From positions 1 through 29,000 of the IMG/VR virus record IMGVR_UViG_3300037308_000390: a DNA stretch of 29,000 nt; one strand, given 5' to 3'. Both the position numbers and the translations under genes were made by a program. Below the pieces are notes generated by a model. The model was given only the letters and a program-made list of their open reading frames with translations. It was not told the origin of the DNA and made no database searches. The stretch is from a virus. Lineage: Duplodnaviria > Caudoviricetes. Below are positions 1 through 8,573 of this stretch, piece by piece; within the stretch, counting starts at the first letter, position 1, and each line of letters opens with the position of its first letter.

Positions 1-763
1 TTATTCCATCACGCCTTAAACAAACAGCATCTATTCTATTTCCGTAAGATGAGGCTGGTGGAATTGTAACGTGTGTGTCCAAGTTGACTATTTTGTCACC
101 AAGAATTACAGCTTCTGAACTTTCTACATTAAATGTTGATTGTGTTGCGTATATCTCTTTGAAGTATAAATCTGCGTCTAAGTCAGTATATTCATCATCA
201 TCTGGTGATTCTGACATTCCAGAGTTATAATTTGCACTACTATCGTATTTTATAGATACCCCGACTTCATTTGTTCTTTTTATCCTTATAAAGTAATCAT
301 CTATTGGTAGGTGATGAACTTCAAAGTTAAAAGTATACCAGTCTTCTAATGTATTCTGTGGTACAATTACTGAATATGAGGCCAGTATTTGTTCATCTGA
401 GTCAATTAACTCAGCATTAACCGTTATGTCAAGAGTTGTACTTTCATTTTTTAATTTTACGGAAACGTCAACAATGGACGATTTGGTTATATCAAGTTGT
501 TGTTTGATATATAAATCTTCTAAGGTCTTCCAACTTGTTCCATTTTCATTAGATTGGTCAATAACTTCATTTACTACGTCAACAATTGGCGTTAGTTCAA
601 ATGCGTTATCTTCTTCACTCAATACAAAAGCGGGTCCAAGATTATCAACAATCAACTGGGTTAATGCGGCGTCTATGCTGGACTGAATTACATGAATATC
701 GTCAACATCAGCAGTTCTTTTTGCAATTAAGTCGTTTAAAACCTGAATATAATAACCGCCCAT
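1..763 (-). CDS. Putative tail fibre/receptor-binding protein (partial; runs off the window edge)
   Basis: Absent from the ORF track because it is truncated. Manual translation from ATG 763 (upstream TAAGGGGT) gives MGGYYIQVLNDLIAKRTAD...VTIPPASSYGNRIDAVCLRRDG, open to base 1. The NRIDxVxL motif and the position after the collar gene are typical of fibre proteins. Confidence 0.65.
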   Translation of the reverse strand, partial: MGGYYIQVLNDLIAKRTADVDDIHVIQSSIDAALTQLIVDNLGPAFVLSEEDNAFELTPIVDVVNEVIDQSNENGTSWKTLEDLYIKQQLDITKSSIVDVSVKLKNESTTLDITVNAELIDSDEQILASYSVIVPQNTLEDWYTFNFEVHHLPIDDYFIRIKRTNEVGVSIKYDSSANYNSGMSESPDDDEYTDLDADLYFKEIYATQSTFNVESSEAVILGDKIVNLDTHVTIPPASSYGNRIDAVCLRRDGI

Positions 764-775
764 TTTAAAAACCCC

Positions 776-1168
776 TTACACCATTGTAGATAATACGGTA
801 AATGTTATAACTTTAGAGCTATCTTTTACTGTATCGGGTATTTGACAAACACACCAGAATGTTCCGCCAGTGGTTCCAGAGGTGGTTATACCAATCTCTT
901 TAATTGTGGTGGACGATGTGATGTTGGATTCGTCAAAAGTGGCCTCACTTTTAACCCTTTTACTCGCCGTTTCGGCAGTGTTTGTCATTTCTACTCTATC
1001 ATAATCTACGTTGTTACATTCGCTATTTAGTGTTGTTGAACTTTCGGTTGGCGCAACTGTACCCGTACCAAGAGCCATATATCTATATGGGTCTCCACTT
1101 AGGCCATAAAAGCCTCTGGCAAGCAAGCCATTTTTACCGGCTGAGGTGATTACGCTTGTTAATACCAT
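776..1168 (-). CDS. Tail collar/fibre-attachment protein (DUF3751-like fibre N-terminal domain)
   Basis: ITSAGKNGLLARG...YMALGTG...TTLNSE...IKEIGI pattern of myovirus fibre-attachment domains, located after the baseplate genes. Confidence 0.7.
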   Translation of the reverse strand: MVLTSVITSAGKNGLLARGFYGLSGDPYRYMALGTGTVAPTESSTTLNSECNNVDYDRVEMTNTAETASKRVKSEATFDESNITSSTTIKEIGITTSGTTGGTFWCVCQIPDTVKDSSKVITFTVLSTMV

Positions 1169-1350
1169 TATTCAATCCCCCATTCCTTTTTTTCTTCTTC
1201 TGTCATTTCTTCCCAGTCTTCTTCAGTATAATAACATCCAGGCTGGTTCTTTCTAAATTTAATTATCTTATAAACTTCTGTACCTGTTTTAATATCCTTT
1301 TCTTTCATTACTAAGGCTTTTGGTTTAATTTTTTGCTTCACTTCATTCAT
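1168..1350 (-). CDS. Small hypothetical protein (60 aa)
   Basis: Overlaps both neighbours at stop/start codons (ATGA and TAATG) and has a GAGGT RBS. Confidence 0.6.
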   Translation of the reverse strand: MNEVKQKIKPKALVMKEKDIKTGTEVYKIIKFRKNQPGCYYTEEDWEEMTEEEKKEWGIE

Positions 1351-4300
1351 TCAATTACCTCTCTTCTCTTTACGGTTAATTTATCCAATTTAGGTGTGTT
1401 AGTAGTGTTAGTTCTTGATAGGACACCCTGAACTCTAATATCGGTATATTCTAAATCCTCCATATCATATCCAGACGATACATCGGCAGCCAATACTGTT
1501 GGTTTATATAATTTATGGTACAATTCATCACCGGATGTATTTTGTGTCCATATAGAGCCATTCCAATAACGAGCGGTTCCGTCACCGTTAGTGTTAACGC
1601 CAACCTTCCAATAATTAGTATTTGAGTTTGAGCCACTTCTTGTGAAAACTATCCAATATTTGGTAGCCTCTAATCCTACAATTGCTATGGGAACAGTCAT
1701 AACACCAACAGACATATCTGCGGCTGGTATTTGATATGAAATTAATTCTTCTCCGGGTCTACTTGCATAATCATTATATATACTGACTATTAGTTCATCA
1801 GTAGGGCTTCCGACTATAGAATGTAAATAGAACGATAATCCTGAAATTTCATTCCCATCTGGCCAAATAGCTTGCGCAACCATTGGAGTAGTTTGTGATG
1901 TAGTTTGCCAATTATTATTTGTGGTAGTCATACCTTCGAAATAAGTGTCTTTTATGATATTATACTTAACATTGCAGCCACTTGGCAATGCTTCAGTTAA
2001 TGTATGGGTTAATGAATCCCATTCTCCATATCCACTTCCAATTGTGGGTGCATCGATGATTTTAGTCATGAAATACCCACTTTTATATTTATATGAAACG
2101 TTTACTACTACGGCATCAACTTTAATATAACCATTCGGTGCAATACCGTTAGCTGTACTTATATATGCGCTAAACTCATTTTTTATATCCTCGCCGCTAA
2201 TTGTTGGGTCATCAGGATAATACCATTGTGCTATTGACCCATCGTAATTAATAGTGGTCCATCCACCATTAACAAGAGAGTCGGTGAAAAAGCCTGCAAG
2301 AGTATTGTCAATACTAACTGCAAAACTTGCATCAAATGAAGACCCTGAACTATTTAAACCTACATAAGCAGAGAACTCTATGTCCGTTATAATGGCATCA
2401 TCTGGAATAGCTCTTATTGCATCACTTATGGTGAAATCTACTCTTAAAAATTTTGGTAGAGCCCAATTACTTGTAGTGTTCTTCGCATAAGCTTCACCAC
2501 TATTTTCATTTCCCAATAACTGAGTCCAACTAAATAAAGTATATCCGGGCCGGCTTGGAGTATTTGAATTTTCAGAGCTCTTACAATTTGCTGATTGAGT
2601 TTTTTCGGTTTGGTCTATCTCCACACGATTATTATCAACCAGAGTGTTATATTGTGAAGCGGTATCAAATTCTGAGTTGGTATCTAATTCCTCAGCTACA
2701 ACAATAGACGCTACTACCGCTGATACACTTGAGGCTAAGTTTAATTCGTCCGTCCATTCTTCTAAAATACTGCAATAGATAGATGAATAAATAACCATAT
2801 CCAAAACGTCACTTGTGGCATTTACAAACGATTCTAACTCTAATTCATCAAATATACCTATATTAATTGGCGACATCAATAATTCTGTCGTGAAATCGAC
2901 AGCGCTTGTAACGGTATATCTGGGAAATGCTCTCGTACCGAACATTTTACATTTATCGGCAATAGCTTGAATCTCATTTTGAGATAAAAGGATTATGTTG
3001 GAAGGTATATCTTCCAGAGGAATGTTTAGATAGAATGAGCCGGGCACATATTCTTCTCCACCGCCCCAATATTTACCATTCCATTCATCAATGTTCCATT
3101 TTAGAATATACTCCCATACATCTACTATATCAGGAATTGTCTCGAAATGACCAAATATTTCTGCGGACAAAATACCAAACCTTTTAAGGATACCATCTAC
3201 TTTTAATTGGTATCCAGCGTCATCTAATACTCCATATTCGAGGTATTCTGCGGTTAGAACCTCAGAATCTTCGTTAATTTGATTACATATTTCTTCTAAG
3301 CTTTGATGGCTGTAATCTTCTGTGATTACTTCACCGTTGACTTCATAAGCGGTCACTCCGACTTCTTGGACTGGGAGTCTAATAATAGAAGCATCGTCTA
3401 TCCAGAACTCTTGTCCTAATATAGGTAAGACTTGCAATTTGAGAACTACTCCATCTGCTTGCTGTGGTGCTCTCCCTTCTATCTCTACGTAAGTCCATTC
3501 ACCTTCTGAACCCCATTGGTCGACTAAAGATATAGTCTCTCCGGGATACTCATACGAAAAGTCAGCTCCAACAAATCTAAGGATTAGTTTGGTTGTGTTT
3601 GCGTCTCCTTTAATCCAGAGTGAAGCTTTATAGTATTCTCCTCCCCTACAAGAGATGTAATCTGTTTCAACTGATTCTTCTATGTTATCGGCGATAAAAC
3701 TTATCCTCATTGAAGCGCTACCACTATGATAAGTTGAAGTGTCTCTGGTGAGCGTTATACTATCTCCAACAGCTCCCCATCCAGCTAAATCTGTTTCAAA
3801 ACCTTGTTGGTTTGTCGTCAACATTTCAACTTCATCTGGAATATCAGCCAAAGCGGTTACTGTTACCCTTCTTGGATACACACCTTTTGACTCTAAATTA
3901 ATAAGAGAAACATCAGTTACACTTAATAAATCCACGTCATAAACAGGTTCGTCTACAACTACATATTCACTTAAAAGCCTTTTCTCTAAATAGAAATCTT
4001 GCTCGGTCGAATATGGATAGTAAGGTGGGTATGTATTTGGTAACTCTTCTGAAGTTATATCATCTTTGTATGTACGTCTAAACATACCAAATGACTTAGC
4101 AATTAAATCTAAGTTTTCGTTAGGCAGATACTTCTCATCTAAGGACTCAGGGTCTTGCGGGAAGCCAACTTCCTTGTAAGAAGTAAATCCATGATAAGCA
4201 ACCTTAACGTAAAACTGGTCGTCACTATACCCCACAAGCTCTAAATGGTCAAAGAAAGTTGGGTTATACTTTGAATATTCTTTTGAAGAGAGCAGATTGT

Positions 4301-4568
4301 CGTCTTTGTCATATATCTGGACTTCTTTCAGTGGACGTGACCTGTCTCCTCTTAGAATAACATTATAGTCATAATAGACCGCCGTAAATGGCCCTTCTCC
4401 AATATCTTCAATTTGGGTCCATACTTTTGTCCATAATTGAATTGGCTGTGGCACGAAAACGCACATTACATTGTAATATAGCCCAAGCTCACTTGCATCA
4501 ATTTCGTCATGGTAAATCCTAAAGTGAGGGTCGTCCTTAAGCCATTCTGGAAGTCTATCAACCAACAT
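1347..4568 (-). CDS. Large baseplate wedge/tail-formation protein (gpI-like) with carbohydrate-binding and other beta-sandwich domains
   Basis: Follows baseplate J. NLDLIAKSFGMFRR...DFYLEKRL resembles the gpI-like wedge motif. GFETDLAGWGAVG...YHSGSASMRISF...FWIDDASI is CBM4/9-like. Confidence 0.65.
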   Translation of the reverse strand: MLVDRLPEWLKDDPHFRIYHDEIDASELGLYYNVMCVFVPQPIQLWTKVWTQIEDIGEGPFTAVYYDYNVILRGDRSRPLKEVQIYDKDDNLLSSKEYSKYNPTFFDHLELVGYSDDQFYVKVAYHGFTSYKEVGFPQDPESLDEKYLPNENLDLIAKSFGMFRRTYKDDITSEELPNTYPPYYPYSTEQDFYLEKRLLSEYVVVDEPVYDVDLLSVTDVSLINLESKGVYPRRVTVTALADIPDEVEMLTTNQQGFETDLAGWGAVGDSITLTRDTSTYHSGSASMRISFIADNIEESVETDYISCRGGEYYKASLWIKGDANTTKLILRFVGADFSYEYPGETISLVDQWGSEGEWTYVEIEGRAPQQADGVVLKLQVLPILGQEFWIDDASIIRLPVQEVGVTAYEVNGEVITEDYSHQSLEEICNQINEDSEVLTAEYLEYGVLDDAGYQLKVDGILKRFGILSAEIFGHFETIPDIVDVWEYILKWNIDEWNGKYWGGGEEYVPGSFYLNIPLEDIPSNIILLSQNEIQAIADKCKMFGTRAFPRYTVTSAVDFTTELLMSPINIGIFDELELESFVNATSDVLDMVIYSSIYCSILEEWTDELNLASSVSAVVASIVVAEELDTNSEFDTASQYNTLVDNNRVEIDQTEKTQSANCKSSENSNTPSRPGYTLFSWTQLLGNENSGEAYAKNTTSNWALPKFLRVDFTISDAIRAIPDDAIITDIEFSAYVGLNSSGSSFDASFAVSIDNTLAGFFTDSLVNGGWTTINYDGSIAQWYYPDDPTISGEDIKNEFSAYISTANGIAPNGYIKVDAVVVNVSYKYKSGYFMTKIIDAPTIGSGYGEWDSLTHTLTEALPSGCNVKYNIIKDTYFEGMTTTNNNWQTTSQTTPMVAQAIWPDGNEISGLSFYLHSIVGSPTDELIVSIYNDYASRPGEELISYQIPAADMSVGVMTVPIAIVGLEATKYWIVFTRSGSNSNTNYWKVGVNTNGDGTARYWNGSIWTQNTSGDELYHKLYKPTVLAADVSSGYDMEDLEYTDIRVQGVLSRTNTTNTPKLDKLTVKRREVIE

Positions 4569-5670
4569 GTATATCCACCGATACGTTTGAAACCTTAGCT
4601 ACTTCATTCGATTCAACATCTATATTACCTTTACTGTTAATTCTTTCTGTATAGTTTACTAAGGAAATTTCTATGTCATATATTTCATAAGTATCAAGTA
4701 ATTGGTCAAATAACCAATTTTTTGCTTTTGATACAATAATACTTTGTCCTACACCTACTTCTTCTACATAGGAGGTGAATACAGTTTCAAGTTCACGTTT
4801 TAATTCGTCTCTTTCATTTGGGAGCAAATCATGCTCTGCATATAGGTTTACGGTAAAAGAGAAGTCCATTTCAAGAGGGATGGCTTTTTCAAACCTGTCA
4901 TATATCCCTGCTCCAATTTCTCTTTCTACTACTGTTTGGATGTCGAATAATTCTTCATCGCTTGTAGTATCAATATAAACTGCACATGTACCTTCCCCGA
5001 AGGCAAATTCCTCTAAGTTATATTTGTAATAAGGTAAACCATATTCTCTTAATGTATTTTCTATTGCTGACTTTAATCCGGCCTCAAATTCATATCTGGC
5101 CGACATTACCGCTCTTCTAATATCAGATTCAGTATCTCCGTCATATCCACCCCAAGAACCTTGGGAATTTATAACGTTTATGCCCGCAACGAGGTTATTT
5201 ACAACAACATTGAGCTCTCCAGCATTAACAGCGGTATTTGCTCCGGTATTTATAGACCTTACTCTTAATTTAATTACATCTTGTCCGCTATACAGCCATT
5301 TAGTTTTTGTTGCTATGTATTGCCTTGGGTTGGTTTCAGATGTCTCGAATATAGTTCCAATTGGAATTTCTATATCATCAACAACTGTACCGTCTCTTGT
5401 AACCGTTAATATACATTCAGAGTATGTTGGAGATATAGGCAAATAAAATGGAGTCGCTAATTTTTCAAGACTTTCCCTTTCAGTTGCAGTAACAACATTT
5501 GTTTCAGTTATTCTACTATCTATTAATTCTTCGAACGCAACGAACTCAGCGGCAACAACTGAGAATAATTTATCGAGTCTCCCTCTTTCTTGGAACTCGG
5601 TTACAATTCCCGATTCTCCTTCAGCCCTATTTATAAATGACTGTCTTATTTCATCTTCAGTTCTAACCAA
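4558..5670 (-). CDS. Baseplate J-like wedge protein
   Basis: IEIPIGTIFET...TGANTAVNAGELN...GGYDGDTESDIRR...GTCAVYI matches the Baseplate_J pattern. Length 370 aa. Confidence 0.9.
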   Translation of the reverse strand: MVRTEDEIRQSFINRAEGESGIVTEFQERGRLDKLFSVVAAEFVAFEELIDSRITETNVVTATERESLEKLATPFYLPISPTYSECILTVTRDGTVVDDIEIPIGTIFETSETNPRQYIATKTKWLYSGQDVIKLRVRSINTGANTAVNAGELNVVVNNLVAGINVINSQGSWGGYDGDTESDIRRAVMSARYEFEAGLKSAIENTLREYGLPYYKYNLEEFAFGEGTCAVYIDTTSDEELFDIQTVVEREIGAGIYDRFEKAIPLEMDFSFTVNLYAEHDLLPNERDELKRELETVFTSYVEEVGVGQSIIVSKAKNWLFDQLLDTYEIYDIEISLVNYTERINSKGNIDVESNEVAKVSNVSVDIHVG

Positions 5671-6052
5671 TTTCTACAACCCCTTCTGATTGTGCTCCTT
5701 CGTAAACCACTCTTAGGATAAAAGACAGTTTGCCGGGTCTTTGTTCGATGGTGGTATCGACGTCCCAAGATTCTATGTTATCATAATTGTCCATTACCAA
5801 TTCAACAAAATATTCTACTTCCTTATGTAATAAATCGCTCATTGGCTGACCTAATAATTCGTGTAATCGTGAACCGTAGCCTTCAAAGGCTTCAGCGTCC
5901 ACTTCACCAAGCTTTGTCTTAAGTTCTCCTTCAATAGCTTGCCAAAGTGTATATGTATCTGTTGTGAGGGTTATATCCTCAGCCACTACCTGAGTGACTT
6001 CTTCATAATTATGATAAATATCCATCTTTATGTCTTCTTTATTATAAGTCAT
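5663..6052 (-). CDS. Baseplate sheath-initiator (gp25/gpW-like)
   Basis: LWQAIEGELKTKLGE...YGSRLHELLGQP motif, immediately upstream of J. Confidence 0.85.
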   Translation of the reverse strand: MTYNKEDIKMDIYHNYEEVTQVVAEDITLTTDTYTLWQAIEGELKTKLGEVDAEAFEGYGSRLHELLGQPMSDLLHKEVEYFVELVMDNYDNIESWDVDTTIEQRPGKLSFILRVVYEGAQSEGVVEIG

Positions 6053-6503
6053 AAGGAACCTCGTTAATTGTGATGTTTGGGGACACTATATATATACCGT
6101 CCTTTGTAATTTTGATGTAAGAATCATCATAACCAATATACTTAACTCCGGGCTCGTTTATTTTAGCACATCTGTTCTTAGGTATAAGAATCCTCCACCC
6201 TTCATCTGTTTTATCTTGATAAACTAATACGTCTATAATGGGATTTAGTGTCAAAATGTTCTTTTGAACTTTACCTTCTGGGGTGCTACTCTCAAAAAAG
6301 GGCATGAAGCATTCGGCCCAATACCTTCTGCCGCTTTCTTTAATTTGTATCAACCAACCGTCTAAATCTATACGGTTTAAATCTATTTTGATAAGCTGAG
6401 CTTCTCTGATGAATGATTCAACTTGTGTGAGGTCTTTTCCAGTAGCATCTGTAAGGCCGGCAATAGTACGGACTGCTTTTATTGTTTCTTGGTCTGTTAA
6501 CAT
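6042..6503 (-). CDS. Putative baseplate central spike (gpV-like)
   Basis: Lies between hub and gp25. C-terminal SYIKITKDGIYIVSPNITIN beta-strand repeats are typical of short spikes. Confidence 0.6.
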   Translation of the reverse strand: MLTDQETIKAVRTIAGLTDATGKDLTQVESFIREAQLIKIDLNRIDLDGWLIQIKESGRRYWAECFMPFFESSTPEGKVQKNILTLNPIIDVLVYQDKTDEGWRILIPKNRCAKINEPGVKYIGYDDSYIKITKDGIYIVSPNITINEVPYDL

Positions 6504-8245
6504 TGCTTAATCACCTTACCTTTTGCAACACCACTGGTTGCTGTAAACATTTTGTCAAGTTTAGCATAAGGGAAATTTACCCATTTTCCTGCTGATTTAT
6601 ATTGGACTGACCGATGACGGGTTGAATAAGTTGTTGGATATTGCATGATTCTGGCATGTATTCCCGCAGCCTTACATTTTGTAAATATTAGGTCGCTCAT
6701 TCCCCAGCAATCCCCTGAGCCTGTCTTGATAACACATGAAGCTGTAGTACATCCTTTATCTTTATAGTCATACCTTTTTACTGCCTCTACTATGCTCGTA
6801 ATCGAACCCTTTACTTCGGAGAACTCAGAATCATCATAAGTTGGTGTAGCAGGCCCAAAACGACACTCAACGTTCATAGTAAAAACTTCTTTAGGGCTCA
6901 GTCTTAGATTAACACTTTGAACGAAAAGTATATTCTTAACCCCTGTTATAGGGTTTGGCACTTCTATCCATGCACCCGGATATATTTTGTGTGTCGCCAG
7001 CATTGTAAAATTGATTTTTACTTTTTTATCTCTTAACATCTTGTTAAGGAGTGACTGTGCTCTTCTTTCTGCCTTTTCCCTATGCATTTTGGGTTGGGAT
7101 TCTATAATTGGGTTAATTGCCCCATATACACTATATAATGGTTTATAATATGCTACAGCTGTCCCTTTGTCATATTTAACTTTAGCAACAGTTGGAATAT
7201 TTGCTTCAGATATCTCCTCTGTATAAGATTCAGCTTCCATCATCCACGTTTTTACCTTAAATGAAGCTGAACCGGGCATATTAGAAGACTGGACAATACA
7301 TTCTCCTTTTTGATTAATGGTAACGTGATAATCTCGAGGGTCACAAATCTTTTTAAGCTCTTCCTCGAACGTAACCGGCTCTTCTGGAATACTGCTTTCA
7401 GACTCAATATCGGCCTCTTCTGTCTCTGTTGTTGTTTCTTCAGTGGAGGTGTCTTCTTTCTTTTTGTTTTTTATCCCACCACTAAGAATATTTATAACCT
7501 TTTTTTGGTTGTGGCTGTGCCCACAAACCACACAAAAGTCTATATCACAGGAACAACATAAGAACATACCATCAGTAATGGCATATTTGCCTCTTTTAGC
7601 GTCTCCACTTTGATGACCTGAATATTCAAGCCTTCCACATGGCCCTTGGAAATCTGTTGAGTTTTTTGCCTTAAAGAACTTTATGGTGCCTGTTTTTCCA
7701 CAATTGGGACATACATTTTCAACACATGTTGTATAAACTGTGCTCCATTTAACTTTACCGCTACAAAACTTACAGCTTGAGTGACCACTCCCACAAACAC
7801 CTGTACCTGCTGCTGCGGTCATGCTATCGCTTGACCATATTTCGTTTCTTGATATCTTCTCTTTTTTTATTCCTTTTAATATAGGGGTCAAGCCCATTTT
7901 TTTTATCAGCTTTTTAAGTACGTCGGATATATCTCCTTCATAATCACCATCAAAAGGTCTTTTGGCCTTCCAGCCTAAATCTTCAAGCTTTGACTCAATA
8001 TATTGACCATCTTGTGAAATCTGACCCGGCCTACCCTGAAAAAGAAGTCCGGAATCAAAAACTCCACCATAAATTTTGACTTTGGGACCAAGAGGTATCC
8101 AGTCGTTCCAAGTAGCTTTACTATAAACTAATTTGGCGTCTCCAGTTCCCATAAGGTCATCCTTATCTTTGGAGAAATTAATTTCCCCGACAAACTTAGT
8201 TGAGGTGCCTGTCAGGCTAATATAGATTTTATTACTTAGGGACAC
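6497..8245 (-). CDS. Baseplate hub (gpD/gp27-like) with Cys-rich insert and C-terminal transglutaminase-like peptidase domain
   Basis: Hub-like LFQGRPGQISQDG...ISDVLKKLIKK and IYPGAWIEV...LFVQSVNLRL segments. C-terminal GDCWGMS...ARIMQY...HRSVQYKSAGKW is transglutaminase-like. Confidence 0.75.
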   Translation of the reverse strand: MSLSNKIYISLTGTSTKFVGEINFSKDKDDLMGTGDAKLVYSKATWNDWIPLGPKVKIYGGVFDSGLLFQGRPGQISQDGQYIESKLEDLGWKAKRPFDGDYEGDISDVLKKLIKKMGLTPILKGIKKEKISRNEIWSSDSMTAAAGTGVCGSGHSSCKFCSGKVKWSTVYTTCVENVCPNCGKTGTIKFFKAKNSTDFQGPCGRLEYSGHQSGDAKRGKYAITDGMFLCCSCDIDFCVVCGHSHNQKKVINILSGGIKNKKKEDTSTEETTTETEEADIESESSIPEEPVTFEEELKKICDPRDYHVTINQKGECIVQSSNMPGSASFKVKTWMMEAESYTEEISEANIPTVAKVKYDKGTAVAYYKPLYSVYGAINPIIESQPKMHREKAERRAQSLLNKMLRDKKVKINFTMLATHKIYPGAWIEVPNPITGVKNILFVQSVNLRLSPKEVFTMNVECRFGPATPTYDDSEFSEVKGSITSIVEAVKRYDYKDKGCTTASCVIKTGSGDCWGMSDLIFTKCKAAGIHARIMQYPTTYSTRHRSVQYKSAGKWVNFPYAKLDKMFTATSGVAKGKVIKQC

Positions 8246-8573
8246 TTTTATCCTCGGCTAAAGTTATATCATAAACGGCGTACTTCTCACCGCTATCAAT
8301 CGAATATTTTTGAGCTGCTATAACACATTGGAACGGATTAAACAAATCTGAGGAAGCCAAGACTGACTTTCCGTTAAGAGCCTTCAATAAATTTTCTCTA
8401 TCTTTATTTATGGATGTTCTAAATTGAACTTCTTTCATTTCATTGGTTAATAATTTAACTTGATATATTCCACCGTAACTTTCAAATGGTTCATATTTAG
8501 CTCTATTTGGTGTAACATCTGGTAAATCTTCGACTCTTAACCATAAGCTTCCTAATTTTATTCTTCCACCCAT
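8232..8573 (-). CDS. Putative tail tube initiator/distal tail protein
   Basis: 113 aa directly downstream of the tape measure gene with a TAATG overlap and GAGGTGG RBS. Ends YDITLAE. Function inferred from synteny. Confidence 0.55.
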   Translation of the reverse strand: MGGRIKLGSLWLRVEDLPDVTPNRAKYEPFESYGGIYQVKLLTNEMKEVQFRTSINKDRENLLKALNGKSVLASSDLFNPFQCVIAAQKYSIDSGEKYAVYDITLAEDKSVPK

